Part shown: positions 19,262-29,479 of the stretch, piece after piece
Numbering within the stretch: position 1 is the stretch's first letter
How the letters are laid out: every line of letters starts with the position of its first letter
Source of the DNA: Thainema sp.
GTDB taxonomy: Bacteria; Cyanobacteriota; Cyanobacteriia; Phormidesmidales; Phormidesmidaceae
NCBI GenBank assembly: GCA_052168235.1
Contig: JBQLZK010000024.1
Coordinates: forward strand, 27,090 to 91,089
Direction: 5' to 3'
Length of the DNA: 64,000 nucleotides
Made by a program: the position numbers and the translations under genes
Notes under the pieces: generated by a model
Told to the model about the DNA's origin: nothing
Database searches by the model: none
Seen by the model: the letters and a program-made list of their open reading frames with translations, nothing else

Positions 19262-19296
19262 AAAGCCAAAGTCAAAGTCAAGGTCAAAGCCAAAGC
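19262..19296. repeat. Hexamer tandem repeat (AAAGYC)x~6
   Basis: AAAGCC AAAGTC AAAGTC AAGGTC AAAGCC AAAGC. Confidence 0.6.
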
Positions 19297-19577
19297 ACTG
19301 GGCCTGATGCATGATCTAGCCCTCTAAATCTAGTTCTCTAAAATTTGATTGCTCGGATATATTTCATTAAGAACCAGCTTCAGTAAAACGTGAACGGCGT
19401 AAACATAAAACACCTGCACAAGCATTTTTACCTAATCAAGATCGCCCGTAATGTCCTGCATTACATCAATTCGTAACTGAACTGCTTGCAACATCTCCAA
19501 TTCCTGGTATCACGGGAGATGATTATTAAAATTGTCAGTTGTAAGCGTAAGCACTGGGGCTGCGGGAGATTTGGGTT

Positions 19578-22500
19578 ATGGATGGCGATATTTCATATAG
19601 CTTGACCGCAATTGTTGGCATTATCACCTTTATCATTGGGCTAATGGTGCAGCCATCCTCAAAGCAAAAGCTCAAGGAGATTGAGGGTACGACCGAACGG
19701 TTAGAGCAGGAAAAAGAGCAGCTTACCCATAATTTGCAACAGGCAACTGACACCGTGGCCCAGCTGCAGCGCCAGATCGAAAACGTGTCTCAAGAGCGCC
19801 AAACCCTACAAGAGGCGATGGACTTGACTCGCAATGTGGTGACCGCCTTAGAGCAACAAGTTAGCGAGGCCAACCAGGCCAAAGAGCAGCTTGAAGCCAC
19901 TTTAGGTGAGCAAAACACAGACGCCGATACACTGCAAACCCGATTAAAGGATCTCACCGAGCAAAATGCACAGTTAGAAGAGCAGTTAAATGAAACACTG
20001 CGCGATCGCAATTCTCTAGTTGAAACCCTACAGCAGCAGCTTGAGGATCTTAGTCAAGCGAATGAAGCACTCCAGCGTGAAGACGGACAAGATGCCGCAG
20101 CGAATGAAGCGCTACAGCAGGCCCTAGATGAGGCACAAGCAACCGCACAAGCATTGGAACAGCAGGTCAATAGCCTCACCCAGGAAAATGCCACCATGCA
20201 GGAAACCGTGACGCTGGCTCAGCAAACGGTACAGGCACTAGAACAACAGATCAGTGAACTGTCCCAAGACAAGACGACGCTGGAAGAGGCAATGACGCTG
20301 GCCCAGCAAACCGCGCAGTCGCTGCAAGAGCAGGTAGATGACTTGAGTCGTCACCGCAGCGCCCTAGAGAAGTTGTTGGAAGATGCCCAGAAGTCAGTTG
20401 AAGCTCTGCACCAACGAGCAGAACGCTTAGAAGAGCAGAAGGCTGCACTGGAGCAGGAGTTTCGACAAGAGAATACGTCCTCCGAACAATTGCAGGCTGA
20501 AATTCAAGCACTCACAGCCACCCAGATGCAGCTGACAGAAGAACTCGAAACGGCTCAGGCCCAAATTGCCGCACTTCAACCCCAGATGGCCGCACTGAAT
20601 CAAGATAAGCGGACGCTGTCTGAGGCACTGCAGATTGCAGAAGCCAGTGTGAGATCGCTGGAGCAGCAGCAGCTTGAGTTGGAACAGGCCACTGCGGCTG
20701 AAACCACCTCCAGCCAGGAAATTCAGGCTCAAATCAATGGGCTGAACCAAGAGCGATCGCAACTGCTGGCGGATCTCAATACGGCGCAACAGACAATTCA
20801 ATCGCTCCAGCCCCAAATTGAATCGCTGACCAGCGACCGACAAACATTGGAAGAAGCCCTAAATCTGGCCCAGCAAACCGTCACTGCTCTAGAACAGCAA
20901 ATCACGGAGCTATCATCCGCAGGGCAACGAGATGTAGATGAAGCGCTGGAGCAGGAGCGCCAGTCAGCAGCCGAGTTGCGGCAGCAAATTGCCGCTCTAG
21001 AGCAGCAGCGACAGCAACTTGAAACCCAATTTCAGACGCAGCAAACCTCCGCTGCTGATCTGCGTAACCAGGTGCAAACGCTCAATCACGAAAAAGAGCG
21101 GCTGGCTGAACAGCTCAGCGACAAGGAAAGCGCGATCGCAACTCTGCAAACCCAGTTGAAAACCGCTGAACAACAGCAAATTCGGCTAAAAGAACTTGAA
21201 ACAGAGCTAGAACAGGAGCGTACATCAGCGACGATCCTGCAAGAACAGATTGCGCAGCTCACTCAGGATAGTGATGATTTACTAGAAGAGCTAGAGGCTA
21301 AAGAAATTGCCATTGCAGGACTACAGGCGCAACTGCGAGATGCATCGAGCCATGCCGATCGCCTGACCGAGCTTGAAGCCGAACTGGCCCAGGAGCGCAC
21401 CGCAAAACAAACGCTCCAGCAAGAATTCAATCAGATTCGAGATCGCAATGCCAGCCTGACCCGCGACCTAGAAGAACAGGAAGGTGCGATCGCAGTCTTA
21501 CAAACCCAGCTTCAACAGGCAGAACAGCAGGAATCACGCCTATTAGAACTAGAGACCGAGCTAGACGCTGCCCAAGCCCAATCTACAGCGCTTCAGCAGC
21601 AAATTGACACCTTGACCCAGGAAAAAGACCAACTTGCGGCAGATCTTGACGAAAAAGAAGCTGCGATCGCAGTTCTGCAAACCCAGGTGGAATCACAATC
21701 TGCCGCCGCAGATGCCCAGGCCAAACTCGAAGAACTCACCGCTCAACTGCACAGTGAGCAGGACACGGTACAAGACCTACGGCAGCAAATTCAGAATCTA
21801 GCTGCCGAAAAAGATGAGTTAGCCGCTCAACTGGCTGAGCGAGAAACGATTATCACCGAACTGGAACAAGCCTCAATGCCCAGTACGGATGGTGCCGACT
21901 GGCAAACTCAAATCGACGAGCTAGAAATTGCACTGCAGCAGGAACAAGATGCGGCCAGTACTCTAAGACAGCAGCTGACGGAGCTGACGCAGATCAATGA
22001 GCAACTTCAGGCAGACTTAGCAACCGTTGAAACGCAATCCAGCCGTACCACCGAGGATCTACAGACCCAAGTCGATGAGCTGACCCAGCAAAAGCAGCAG
22101 TTGGAAAAGGCGCTGCAAGAATCGCAATCAACTGTTGATTCACTCGACGCTCTTGTCCGCGACCTCAGTCAGGATCGCGAACATCTCGAACAGGAAACCG
22201 AAAATGCTCAAACTGCGATCGCGCCGCTGCAAGCTGAAATTGAACGACTTGAACAGCAGCTTGCTCTGGTCACCTCGACAGAATCTGAGGTAGATACGGC
22301 TGAACTGGAAGACCAAATTGCTGCTCTCCAGCAGGAACGGGATGAACTTCAGACGAATCTGCGATCGCTGCAAGATAATTTGGCAGCGGTGCAAAGCCGA
22401 CTGAGTGAACTCCAGCAGGAGAACTCGCAGCTTAACTCGCAACTGGCAGAGGCACTGAATACCGCAATCGATACCACTGATTTAGAACGTGAACTCCAAC

Positions 22501-23870
22501 AGCTACAGCAGGAACGGGAGCGACTCACCCAGGAACTTCAAGACGCCCAAACCACTGCGCAAACGTCACTCGACGAGCTACAAGCCCAGCTACAAACTCT
22601 AAAGCAGCAAAATGCCGAACTAACCACCGCATTGGAGCAAGCGGCTGACACGGACGAACTAGAAATTCAACTCATATCCCTGACGCAAGAACGCGATCAG
22701 CTCGAGCAAGAACTCCAGACCAGTCAGGACACCCTCAAGGATTTGCAAAGCCAGATTAGCGATCTGGAGCATCAAAATGAAAACTTATCCCTATCGCTGG
22801 AACAAGCCGCTGATACAAGTGAATTTGAGTCCCAAATCGAAGCACTGCATGAAGAACGGCAGCAGCTTACCCAAGATTTACAAGCTGCTCAGGATACTTC
22901 GGCAACATTAGAACAGCAGATTCAGGCTTTGCAGCAACAACTCCAAACCTTGCAGCAGCAAAACGCTGAACTCGACGATATGCTGCAAGCGATGGAAGAT
23001 CCAACCGAGCTGGAAGCGCAAATCGAACAATTGACCCAGGAACGCGATCGCACTCGTCAGGATCTCAACACCCTGCAGGAAACCGTCATTAGCCTACAGA
23101 CGCAAATCGACCAGCTTACCCAAGAGCGACAGCAGTTTAGCCAGCAAGTTCAGACGGCTGAACAGACAATTAGTGAGTTGCGATCGCAAATTGCATCCCT
23201 AGAACAGTCCGCTCAAGCTGTGTCTGGCACTGATGCCGATTTAAAAGAAACTTTAGAGGCACTAACCGCTGAACGGCAGCAGCTTGAACAAGCATTAGAA
23301 CAAACCCAGACAACGGTTCAGTCTCTCGAAACTCAGGTGCAAAAACTCACAGGCGAAAAACGCACCCTGGAAGAAGCAATGAAAATGGCCCAGGAAGTTG
23401 TTGGCAGCTTGCAGCAGCAAATCGCCGCATTAGCTCAAGAAAATGAGCAATTAAGCGCTCAGTCATCGACTGTCCAAAATCAACCTCAATACCAACCATC
23501 TCCACCATCAGCTAGTCCTGCTTCCCCACCAGCAGAGGAAAAATCGGCTACGCCAGAAATCCCTGCGGCACCATCGGCTGAATCACCTGAGCCAGGAGAA
23601 TTACTCTCTGAAGATGCCGCTGCAAATTCATCCCTAGAAGACAAAACTATCGTGATTACAGGTACATTCAAAGGAATTGACGTCAACAAATTACGCGACA
23701 TGGTGCAAGCCGCAGGTGCCCGCATCACCAGTATGCCCAGTGCTCAAACAGACTACATTGTGGTTGGCGACAACCCCAGCGGTAACAAGCTCGCCAAAGC
23801 CGAAAAGGTAGGAGTGCCGCAAATATCTGAGGATCAGTTATTTGCGATGCTCGGCATCTCAGAACTGTAG
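19578..23870 (+). CDS. Giant coiled-coil protein with N-terminal membrane anchor and C-terminal BRCT domain
   Basis: TM AIVGIITFIIGLMV; ~1250 aa of Q/E/L heptads; Pro-rich linker; LEDKTIVITGTF..GARITS..TDYIVVG..GNKLAKAEKVGVPQISED (LigA-type BRCT). Confidence 0.9.
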   Translation: MDGDISYSLTAIVGIITFIIGLMVQPSSKQKLKEIEGTTERLEQEKEQLTHNLQQATDTVAQLQRQIENVSQERQTLQEAMDLTRNVVTALEQQVSEANQAKEQLEATLGEQNTDADTLQTRLKDLTEQNAQLEEQLNETLRDRNSLVETLQQQLEDLSQANEALQREDGQDAAANEALQQALDEAQATAQALEQQVNSLTQENATMQETVTLAQQTVQALEQQISELSQDKTTLEEAMTLAQQTAQSLQEQVDDLSRHRSALEKLLEDAQKSVEALHQRAERLEEQKAALEQEFRQENTSSEQLQAEIQALTATQMQLTEELETAQAQIAALQPQMAALNQDKRTLSEALQIAEASVRSLEQQQLELEQATAAETTSSQEIQAQINGLNQERSQLLADLNTAQQTIQSLQPQIESLTSDRQTLEEALNLAQQTVTALEQQITELSSAGQRDVDEALEQERQSAAELRQQIAALEQQRQQLETQFQTQQTSAADLRNQVQTLNHEKERLAEQLSDKESAIATLQTQLKTAEQQQIRLKELETELEQERTSATILQEQIAQLTQDSDDLLEELEAKEIAIAGLQAQLRDASSHADRLTELEAELAQERTAKQTLQQEFNQIRDRNASLTRDLEEQEGAIAVLQTQLQQAEQQESRLLELETELDAAQAQSTALQQQIDTLTQEKDQLAADLDEKEAAIAVLQTQVESQSAAADAQAKLEELTAQLHSEQDTVQDLRQQIQNLAAEKDELAAQLAERETIITELEQASMPSTDGADWQTQIDELEIALQQEQDAASTLRQQLTELTQINEQLQADLATVETQSSRTTEDLQTQVDELTQQKQQLEKALQESQSTVDSLDALVRDLSQDREHLEQETENAQTAIAPLQAEIERLEQQLALVTSTESEVDTAELEDQIAALQQERDELQTNLRSLQDNLAAVQSRLSELQQENSQLNSQLAEALNTAIDTTDLERELQQLQQERERLTQELQDAQTTAQTSLDELQAQLQTLKQQNAELTTALEQAADTDELEIQLISLTQERDQLEQELQTSQDTLKDLQSQISDLEHQNENLSLSLEQAADTSEFESQIEALHEERQQLTQDLQAAQDTSATLEQQIQALQQQLQTLQQQNAELDDMLQAMEDPTELEAQIEQLTQERDRTRQDLNTLQETVISLQTQIDQLTQERQQFSQQVQTAEQTISELRSQIASLEQSAQAVSGTDADLKETLEALTAERQQLEQALEQTQTTVQSLETQVQKLTGEKRTLEEAMKMAQEVVGSLQQQIAALAQENEQLSAQSSTVQNQPQYQPSPPSASPASPPAEEKSATPEIPAAPSAESPEPGELLSEDAAANSSLEDKTIVITGTFKGIDVNKLRDMVQAAGARITSMPSAQTDYIVVGDNPSGNKLAKAEKVGVPQISEDQLFAMLGISEL

Positions 23871-23918
23871 TTCTATGTAGAGATAGCCGCCTTGGGCGAG
23901 CACCGCTGTTTCACTGGG

Positions 23919-23947
23919 GTAGGGATACGGCCAATGCCGTGTCCCTA
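23919..23947. repeat. Degenerate GTAG-type REP-like palindrome
   Basis: GTAGGGATACGGC-CAAT-GCCGTGTCCCTA. Confidence 0.65.
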
Positions 23948-24273
23948 AGAATGGAGCGGTTTACAGGCTATTTAATCCACAATTCTGAGTGCTGTAGCTT
24001 GCTCATGCGTAGCGATGGCCTGAGTACTGAGAACTTATCCGAATACCCCGATCTGGCTACGACGCATTAGGGGTTTGAGAGGGTTTCTAGATAGGCTCTG
24101 AGTGGTAAGAATATGCCTTGCGCTCATCTCTTTAAGCGGCAAAAGTTCTAAGATCCTCTGCCCCCCTGCTCCCGCTCCCCTTAAGCCTTTTTACTCCTGC
24201 CCTCCTCTCGCTTCACTTACCTCAGTGCCACCACAGTCCAAAAGAACAGTAATTGACTAACGCTATACACAAC

Positions 24274-24304
24274 AAAAAAGCGCCTTCCTCAGGGAAGGCG
24301 CTTT
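24274..24304 (-). terminator. psbA terminator
   Basis: AAAGCGCCTTCC-TCAG-GGAAGGCGCTTT with a U-tract on the minus strand. Confidence 0.85.
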
Positions 24305-24339
24305 CCGCTAGTTTCTGAGAGCTAGCCGACTAAGCAAGC

Positions 24340-25422
24340 TTAGCCGTTGATTGCGGGGGCTTGTAGAGCAACTGGAGAAACATCACTAGATGCCAAGTCA
24401 AGCGGGAAGTTGTGAGCATTGCGCTCGTGCATCACTTCCATACCCAGGTTCGCCCGGTTGATCACATCCGCCCAGGTGCCAATCACACGACCCTGAGAGT
24501 CGATGATGGACTGGTTGAAGTTGAAGCCGTTCAGGTTGAAGGCCATCGTGCTGATGCCCAACGCCGTGAACCAGATGCCCACCACGGGCCATGCAGCCAA
24601 GAAGAAGTGCAAGGAGCGGCTGTTGTTGAAGCTCGCATATTGGAAGATGAGCCGACCGAAGTAGCCGTGGGCTGCCACGATGTTGTAGGTCTCTTCTTCT
24701 TGACCGAACTTGTAGCCGTAGTTCTGAGACTCGGTCTCGGTAGTCTCACGTACCAGAGAGCTGGTCACCAAAGAACCGTGCATCGCGGAGAACAAGCTGC
24801 CGCCGAATACACCCGCCACACCGAGCATATGGAAGGGGTGCATCAGAATGTTGTGCTCAGCTTGGAACACGAACATAAAGTTGAAGGTACCGCTGATTCC
24901 CAGAGGCATACCATCAGAGAAGGAGCCTTGGCCCAGGGGATAAATTAGGAATACTGCGAAAGCGGCAGACAGCGGAGCGCTGTAAGCTACGCAGATCCAG
25001 GGACGCATACCCAGGCGGTAGGACAACTCCCACTGACGACCCATATAGCAAGAAATGCCGAGTAAGAAGTGGAAGATAATCAGCTGGTAAGGGCCACCGT
25101 TGTACAACCACTCATCGAGGGAAGCCGCTTCCCAGATGGGGTAAAAGTGCAGACCGATAGCGTTGGAAGAGGGAACAACTGCACCAGAGATGATGTTGTT
25201 ACCGTAGATCAGAGAACCTGCAACAGGCTCACGGATACCGTCGATGTCAACGGGAGGAGCTGCGATGAACGCAATGATGAAGCAAGTGGTTGCGGTCAGC
25301 AGGGTAGGGATCATAATCACACCAAACCAACCTACATAGAGGCGGTTATCGGTGCTGGTCACCCACTGACAAAAACGCTCCCATGCACCAGCGCGATCGC
25401 GCTGCTGTAGAGTCGTAGTCAT
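24340..25422 (-). CDS. psbA: Photosystem II D1 protein (Q130, D1:1-like)
   Basis: 360 aa [36 protein letters not shown]; Mn-cluster ligands intact. Confidence 0.99.
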   Translation of the reverse strand: MTTTLQQRDRAGAWERFCQWVTSTDNRLYVGWFGVIMIPTLLTATTCFIIAFIAAPPVDIDGIREPVAGSLIYGNNIISGAVVPSSNAIGLHFYPIWEAASLDEWLYNGGPYQLIIFHFLLGISCYMGRQWELSYRLGMRPWICVAYSAPLSAAFAVFLIYPLGQGSFSDGMPLGISGTFNFMFVFQAEHNILMHPFHMLGVAGVFGGSLFSAMHGSLVTSSLVRETTETESQNYGYKFGQEEETYNIVAAHGYFGRLIFQYASFNNSRSLHFFLAAWPVVGIWFTALGISTMAFNLNGFNFNQSIIDSQGRVIGTWADVINRANLGMEVMHERNAHNFPLDLASSDVSPVALQAPAING

Positions 25423-25499
25423 AGTAAATAATGCCAGTGAAAATACTACAGATGGTTAAAGATTACAGAGCAGTAAAAATAATTACTCTGTTGTTGCTC

Positions 25500-25528
25500 A
25501 ATATGAAACTAACCTTGCAAAATGTCTA
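25500..25528 (-). promoter_or_regulatory. Putative sigma70-type psbA promoter
   Basis: Minus strand TAGACA-N17-CATATT about 80 nt upstream of the ATG. Confidence 0.65.
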
Positions 25529-26110
25529 GATATGCGCATTATTTCTTTGCCTACCTAAATATTTTGTTACAAATAGATTTGCGTCGCGCAAGATTGTTGT
25601 TTAGCAGCATTTACAGCATCTATTGTAGCGAAAATGAAGCAAAAAAGTGATCGATTTAACAGTCTTAAAGTCATTGTAATTGAGCGGATCAAATTTGAGG
25701 ATTTGGATAAAAGTGAATCACAGAAGCATCGCTATGACAGGGTTGAACGGACACTGAAAAGGTGCGATCGCACAATGCTAAAACCACCTTGAGGCAATCA
25801 AACTCCAAATTCATTCTGTCAAGTCAATCGACAAACAAATACATTAAAATTTACAGGACACAACATTATTTACATTTGTATACGGAAAATTCAATTCCCA
25901 CTCTCATGGCTTTGTTTGTCAGTCTTGAGATTCTTTTAGACTGCTGTCAAAATCATTAACCTAGTCTTAAGGCATCGTGTGACTGGGTCATCCGAAAGAC
26001 ATGCTGTAAAAAGCCATCATGGTAAGACAGCTGCAGAAATAGTGAGAATGCCCCGACCCCAAATCTCTTTGTTTACTTTTTGTTTGCCCCAAGCTTAATC
26101 CAGATGAATT

Positions 26111-26131
26111 TGTTAAGCATCTGTTAAGCAT
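26111..26131. promoter_or_regulatory. 11-bp-period direct repeat, candidate OmpR/PhoB-family site upstream of cdsA
   Basis: TGTTAAGCAT-C-TGTTAAGCAT. Confidence 0.4.
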
Positions 26132-26218
26132 TGCTTCAACTGCCCTTGGCTTCCTAGCAGAGGCTCCTCGATTCGCCTAAATTATCAAAAATACTTTTTT
26201 ATATACGAGAGTTGTTTC

Positions 26219-27097
26219 ATGCCTTGGTCTCGCATCCTTAGCGGAATTGTCGCCATCGTTTTTGCCCTTGGAATTGTGATCACTGGGGGCTGGTACTTTA
26301 CGGCTGGTTTCGGCATCATCATTTATCTGGGGCAGCAAGAAATTTTTGAGATGGTGCGGGCTAAAGGCATTGCCCCAGCGGCCAAGACCACGCTGGTAGT
26401 CAGCCAAATCTTGCTGATCGTTTCAACATTATCGCCGGATTTGGCCGATGCGATTTTTCCGGTGGCTGGAACCGCTATCTGCTTTTATCTGCTCTTTCAA
26501 CCCAACTTTGCCACGATTGCTGATATAGCAGCGTCCGTATTGGGTTTATTCTACGGTGGCTATCTGCCGAGTTACTGGGTCAGACTGCGCGCATTGGGCA
26601 GCGTCGAAAGCGCCAATCTGCCGCTGGACGGTTTCTGGCCAGAACAGTGGTCAGACTGGCTTGATATTCAACATCTGCCCCAGGGCTTAATGGTGACGCT
26701 GATTGCATTTGGCTGTATTTGGGCGGCGGATATTGGTGCATATATCTTTGGCAAACTGTTTGGCCGCACTCGTCTCTCAGATATTAGCCCTAAGAAAACG
26801 GTCGAAGGGGCCGTTTTTGGCGTAGCAGGTAGCGTCACAATTGCCGTTTTGGGAGCCTGGGGACTCGGCTGGCCGATTTGGCCGCTGACGGGCGTGGCAC
26901 TCGGTTTAATTATTGGATTAGCCAGTTTGCTCGGTGACTTAACTGAATCGATGATGAAGCGAGATGCAGGCGTGAAAGATTCCGGCCAGTTAATTCCAGG
27001 ACACGGTGGCATCTTAGACCGGGCTGATAGCTATGTCTTCACAGCACCGCTAGTGTTCTATTTCGTGACGCTGTTTTTGCCAATTGTGCCGCACTGA
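26219..27097 (+). CDS. cdsA: Phosphatidate cytidylyltransferase
   Basis: WAADIGAY..G..ISPKKTVEG, GDLTESMMKRDAGVKDSG..PGHGGILDRAD. Confidence 0.96.
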   Translation: MPWSRILSGIVAIVFALGIVITGGWYFTAGFGIIIYLGQQEIFEMVRAKGIAPAAKTTLVVSQILLIVSTLSPDLADAIFPVAGTAICFYLLFQPNFATIADIAASVLGLFYGGYLPSYWVRLRALGSVESANLPLDGFWPEQWSDWLDIQHLPQGLMVTLIAFGCIWAADIGAYIFGKLFGRTRLSDISPKKTVEGAVFGVAGSVTIAVLGAWGLGWPIWPLTGVALGLIIGLASLLGDLTESMMKRDAGVKDSGQLIPGHGGILDRADSYVFTAPLVFYFVTLFLPIVPH

Positions 27098-27150
27098 TTT
27101 GTACCAGTGTGGGCTTCAGCGATATAGATAGAGCAGTAGAACGCTAAACC

Positions 27151-27411
27151 ATGACAGATCCATCACCATCACCAGAGCAGCCGGATTCATCCAGTGAACC
27201 GTCAGTTCAAGCAGTCGTGGCGGATCTGGTAGAGCGCTATGGCGTTTCTGGACTACTACAGGGCATTTGGCAATATGCACAAAGCAAAGCAGCTCTATTC
27301 CGAGCTGTCGATAGCGATCGCAGTTATGCTTGGGTGGGTTTAGCTCACCTGCTGAAGCAAGCATTAGATATTGCTCAGCGAATTGAAAGTGATGAAGAAC
27401 GGGGTCGGTAA
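27151..27411 (+). CDS. Small hypothetical protein
   Basis: 86-aa helical ORF between the co-oriented cdsA and ddl. Confidence 0.65.
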   Translation: MTDPSPSPEQPDSSSEPSVQAVVADLVERYGVSGLLQGIWQYAQSKAALFRAVDSDRSYAWVGLAHLLKQALDIAQRIESDEERGR

Positions 27412-27470
27412 ATCGTGCTACCCTAGCTGAAATTTGGCTGCGAGTTGATGTAGGAAAAGAGGTGGGCACG

Positions 27471-28541
27471 ATGGCAACGCAAACGGTCGGACTCTTATTT
27501 GGCGGTCGTTCGGGTGAACATGAGGTATCCATTAGCTCGGCACGGGCCATTTTTGCGGCCTTGACCACTGCTCCAAATACCGAAAAATACGCTGTTGTCC
27601 CGTTTTATATTCAGAAAAACGGCGTTTGGTGTGATTCGGCCACAGCGCAACAGGTTTTGGAATCAGGCCAGCCAATTGTGACCGACACGGATCAAGCAGA
27701 TGGACAACAGCTTTGGCAGTTTCCAACAGCCGTGGCTGATGTAGACGTTTGGTTTCCCATCCTGCACGGCCCCAATGGCGAAGACGGCACGATTCAGGGA
27801 CTGTTTCAGCTCATGCAGGTGCCCTACGTGGGGAACGGGGTTTTGGCATCCTCAGTAGGAATGGACAAGATCGCTATGAAACAAGCCTTTGCTCAGGTTG
27901 GGCTGCCCCAAGTTGACTATGAAATCGTCACGCGTGATGAGGTTTGGTCGAATCCCTGCGTTTTTCCTAAAGTTTGCGATCGCATTGAGGCCAAACTGGA
28001 CTATCCCTGCTTTGTCAAACCCGCTAATCTCGGCTCATCAGTCGGCATTTCCAAAGTGAGATCGCGCTCCGAGTTAGAAGCGGCATTGGACAGCGCTGCC
28101 AGCTACGACCGGCGGATTATTGTTGAAGCAGGCGTGACTGCGCGCGAAGTGGAGTGTGCCGTTCTCGGCAACAGCGAGCCACAGGCATCAACGCTGGGTG
28201 AGATTAGCTTTGACAGCGATTTTTACGATTACGAAACTAAGTACACAGAAGGCAGCGCTGATTTAGCGATTCCGGCCCCAGTGCCCGATGATGTCAAAGC
28301 CAAAATTCAAGAGTACGCCGTGCGCGCGTTTCAAGCCATTGATGGAGCGGGAATTGCGCGGGTTGATTTCTTCTATGTCGAAGCGACGGGCAATATACTG
28401 ATTAATGAAATCAACACCATGCCCGGATTTACCTCGACGAGCATGTATCCGATGCTGTGGAAAGCCAGCGGTATTGACTTTGTAGAACTCGTGGATCGAC
28501 TAGTTCAGCTTGGGCTGGAGCGAATGCAGCCAAAACCTTGA
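27471..28541 (+). CDS. ddl: D-alanine--D-alanine ligase
   Basis: [42 protein letters not shown] and [10 protein letters not shown] motifs. Confidence 0.97.
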   Translation: MATQTVGLLFGGRSGEHEVSISSARAIFAALTTAPNTEKYAVVPFYIQKNGVWCDSATAQQVLESGQPIVTDTDQADGQQLWQFPTAVADVDVWFPILHGPNGEDGTIQGLFQLMQVPYVGNGVLASSVGMDKIAMKQAFAQVGLPQVDYEIVTRDEVWSNPCVFPKVCDRIEAKLDYPCFVKPANLGSSVGISKVRSRSELEAALDSAASYDRRIIVEAGVTAREVECAVLGNSEPQASTLGEISFDSDFYDYETKYTEGSADLAIPAPVPDDVKAKIQEYAVRAFQAIDGAGIARVDFFYVEATGNILINEINTMPGFTSTSMYPMLWKASGIDFVELVDRLVQLGLERMQPKP

Positions 28542-28575
28542 AATTAAATCTGGCGGCCAAAATCAAATAGACGGA

Positions 28576-28608
28576 AAGAGGGCACAGTAGCGCTGCTGCC
28601 CTTTTTTT
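28576..28608 (+). terminator. ddl terminator
   Basis: AGAGGGCA..TGCCCT stem followed by a T-run. Confidence 0.65.
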
Positions 28609-28796
28609 GTTGCAAAGCGATATAGCGATATATAGCAATAGCAGTATCAGCATCAGCATCAGCGCCACTAAATTCAGTCAAGCAGAAACAGAAATGCATA
28701 AACCGCTACATTTGTGAATATTTTATTAGCAATTCTTTGAAATCTATTAGCATTGTTGTTACATTGCAGGGGTACTCCTCACACCTCAGTTACTCC

Positions 28797-29174
28797 ATGA
28801 GCAACTTTCTACGGATTTTTCCGATCCCGGCACCCTTCAAACCCAAATCGCGGGTTTACGATCTCAAATCGCGCCTCGACTGGGGTGAACCTGCGCTCAC
28901 GATTATTGATGTTTCCAACCGCGAATCATTTAACTATTGCCATATTCGAGGCGCGATTCATCTGCCGATGGACTCATTGGCGGCGCAGGCTCGGCTCAGT
29001 TTAGAGCTTAATCGAGATATTTATGTATACGGCGAAACCGATGATGAGACGGCGATCGCAGCCCAGGCACTGCGGGCTGCAGGCTTCCAAAATGTGGCGG
29101 AGATCATCGGTGGCCTGGGTGCATGGAAGGCAGTAGGCTTTCCAGTGGAATCGACAACTGCGATCGCAGTCTAG
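28797..29174 (+). CDS. Rhodanese-like domain protein lacking the catalytic Cys
   Basis: IIDV..F..HIRGA, DIYVYG (Gly at the usual Cys position), GF.NV..I.GGL.AW. Confidence 0.88.
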   Translation: MSNFLRIFPIPAPFKPKSRVYDLKSRLDWGEPALTIIDVSNRESFNYCHIRGAIHLPMDSLAAQARLSLELNRDIYVYGETDDETAIAAQALRAAGFQNVAEIIGGLGAWKAVGFPVESTTAIAV

Positions 29175-29479
29175 AAATACATGTAGTGAACGCAACAGTT
29201 ACAGCTTGCGATCGCAGCTTAAATTAACTTCAGGTTTGCCTATATAACTTGGCAATCCTTAATCCTGGTGAATCACTGCAAGTCTTGTCCTCGATTGGGC
29301 AAGGCTTTTTTGTTGTGCGGATTAACGCTGACAGGCCACATAATATTCCGTAGCTATTCCCCTTTTTGAGGACACCCCACCAGCGTTCCGTGAAGTTCAC
29401 CTTGGCAAACGTCCAGCAAAACGCGAGAATAAAGATCGTGCCACACATGCTCTTATATAAAAATTGATCAGACTTGCCC

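Noticed and set aside
19578..23870. SMC/SbcC or DNA ligase annotation for the giant coiled-coil protein
   Set aside because: No Walker A/B or signature motifs and no adenylation domain; only the BRCT resembles a ligase.
28774..28784. A Yfr1 sRNA gene
   Set aside because: The motif is present but the flanking hairpin and terminator are missing; kept only as a UTR motif.
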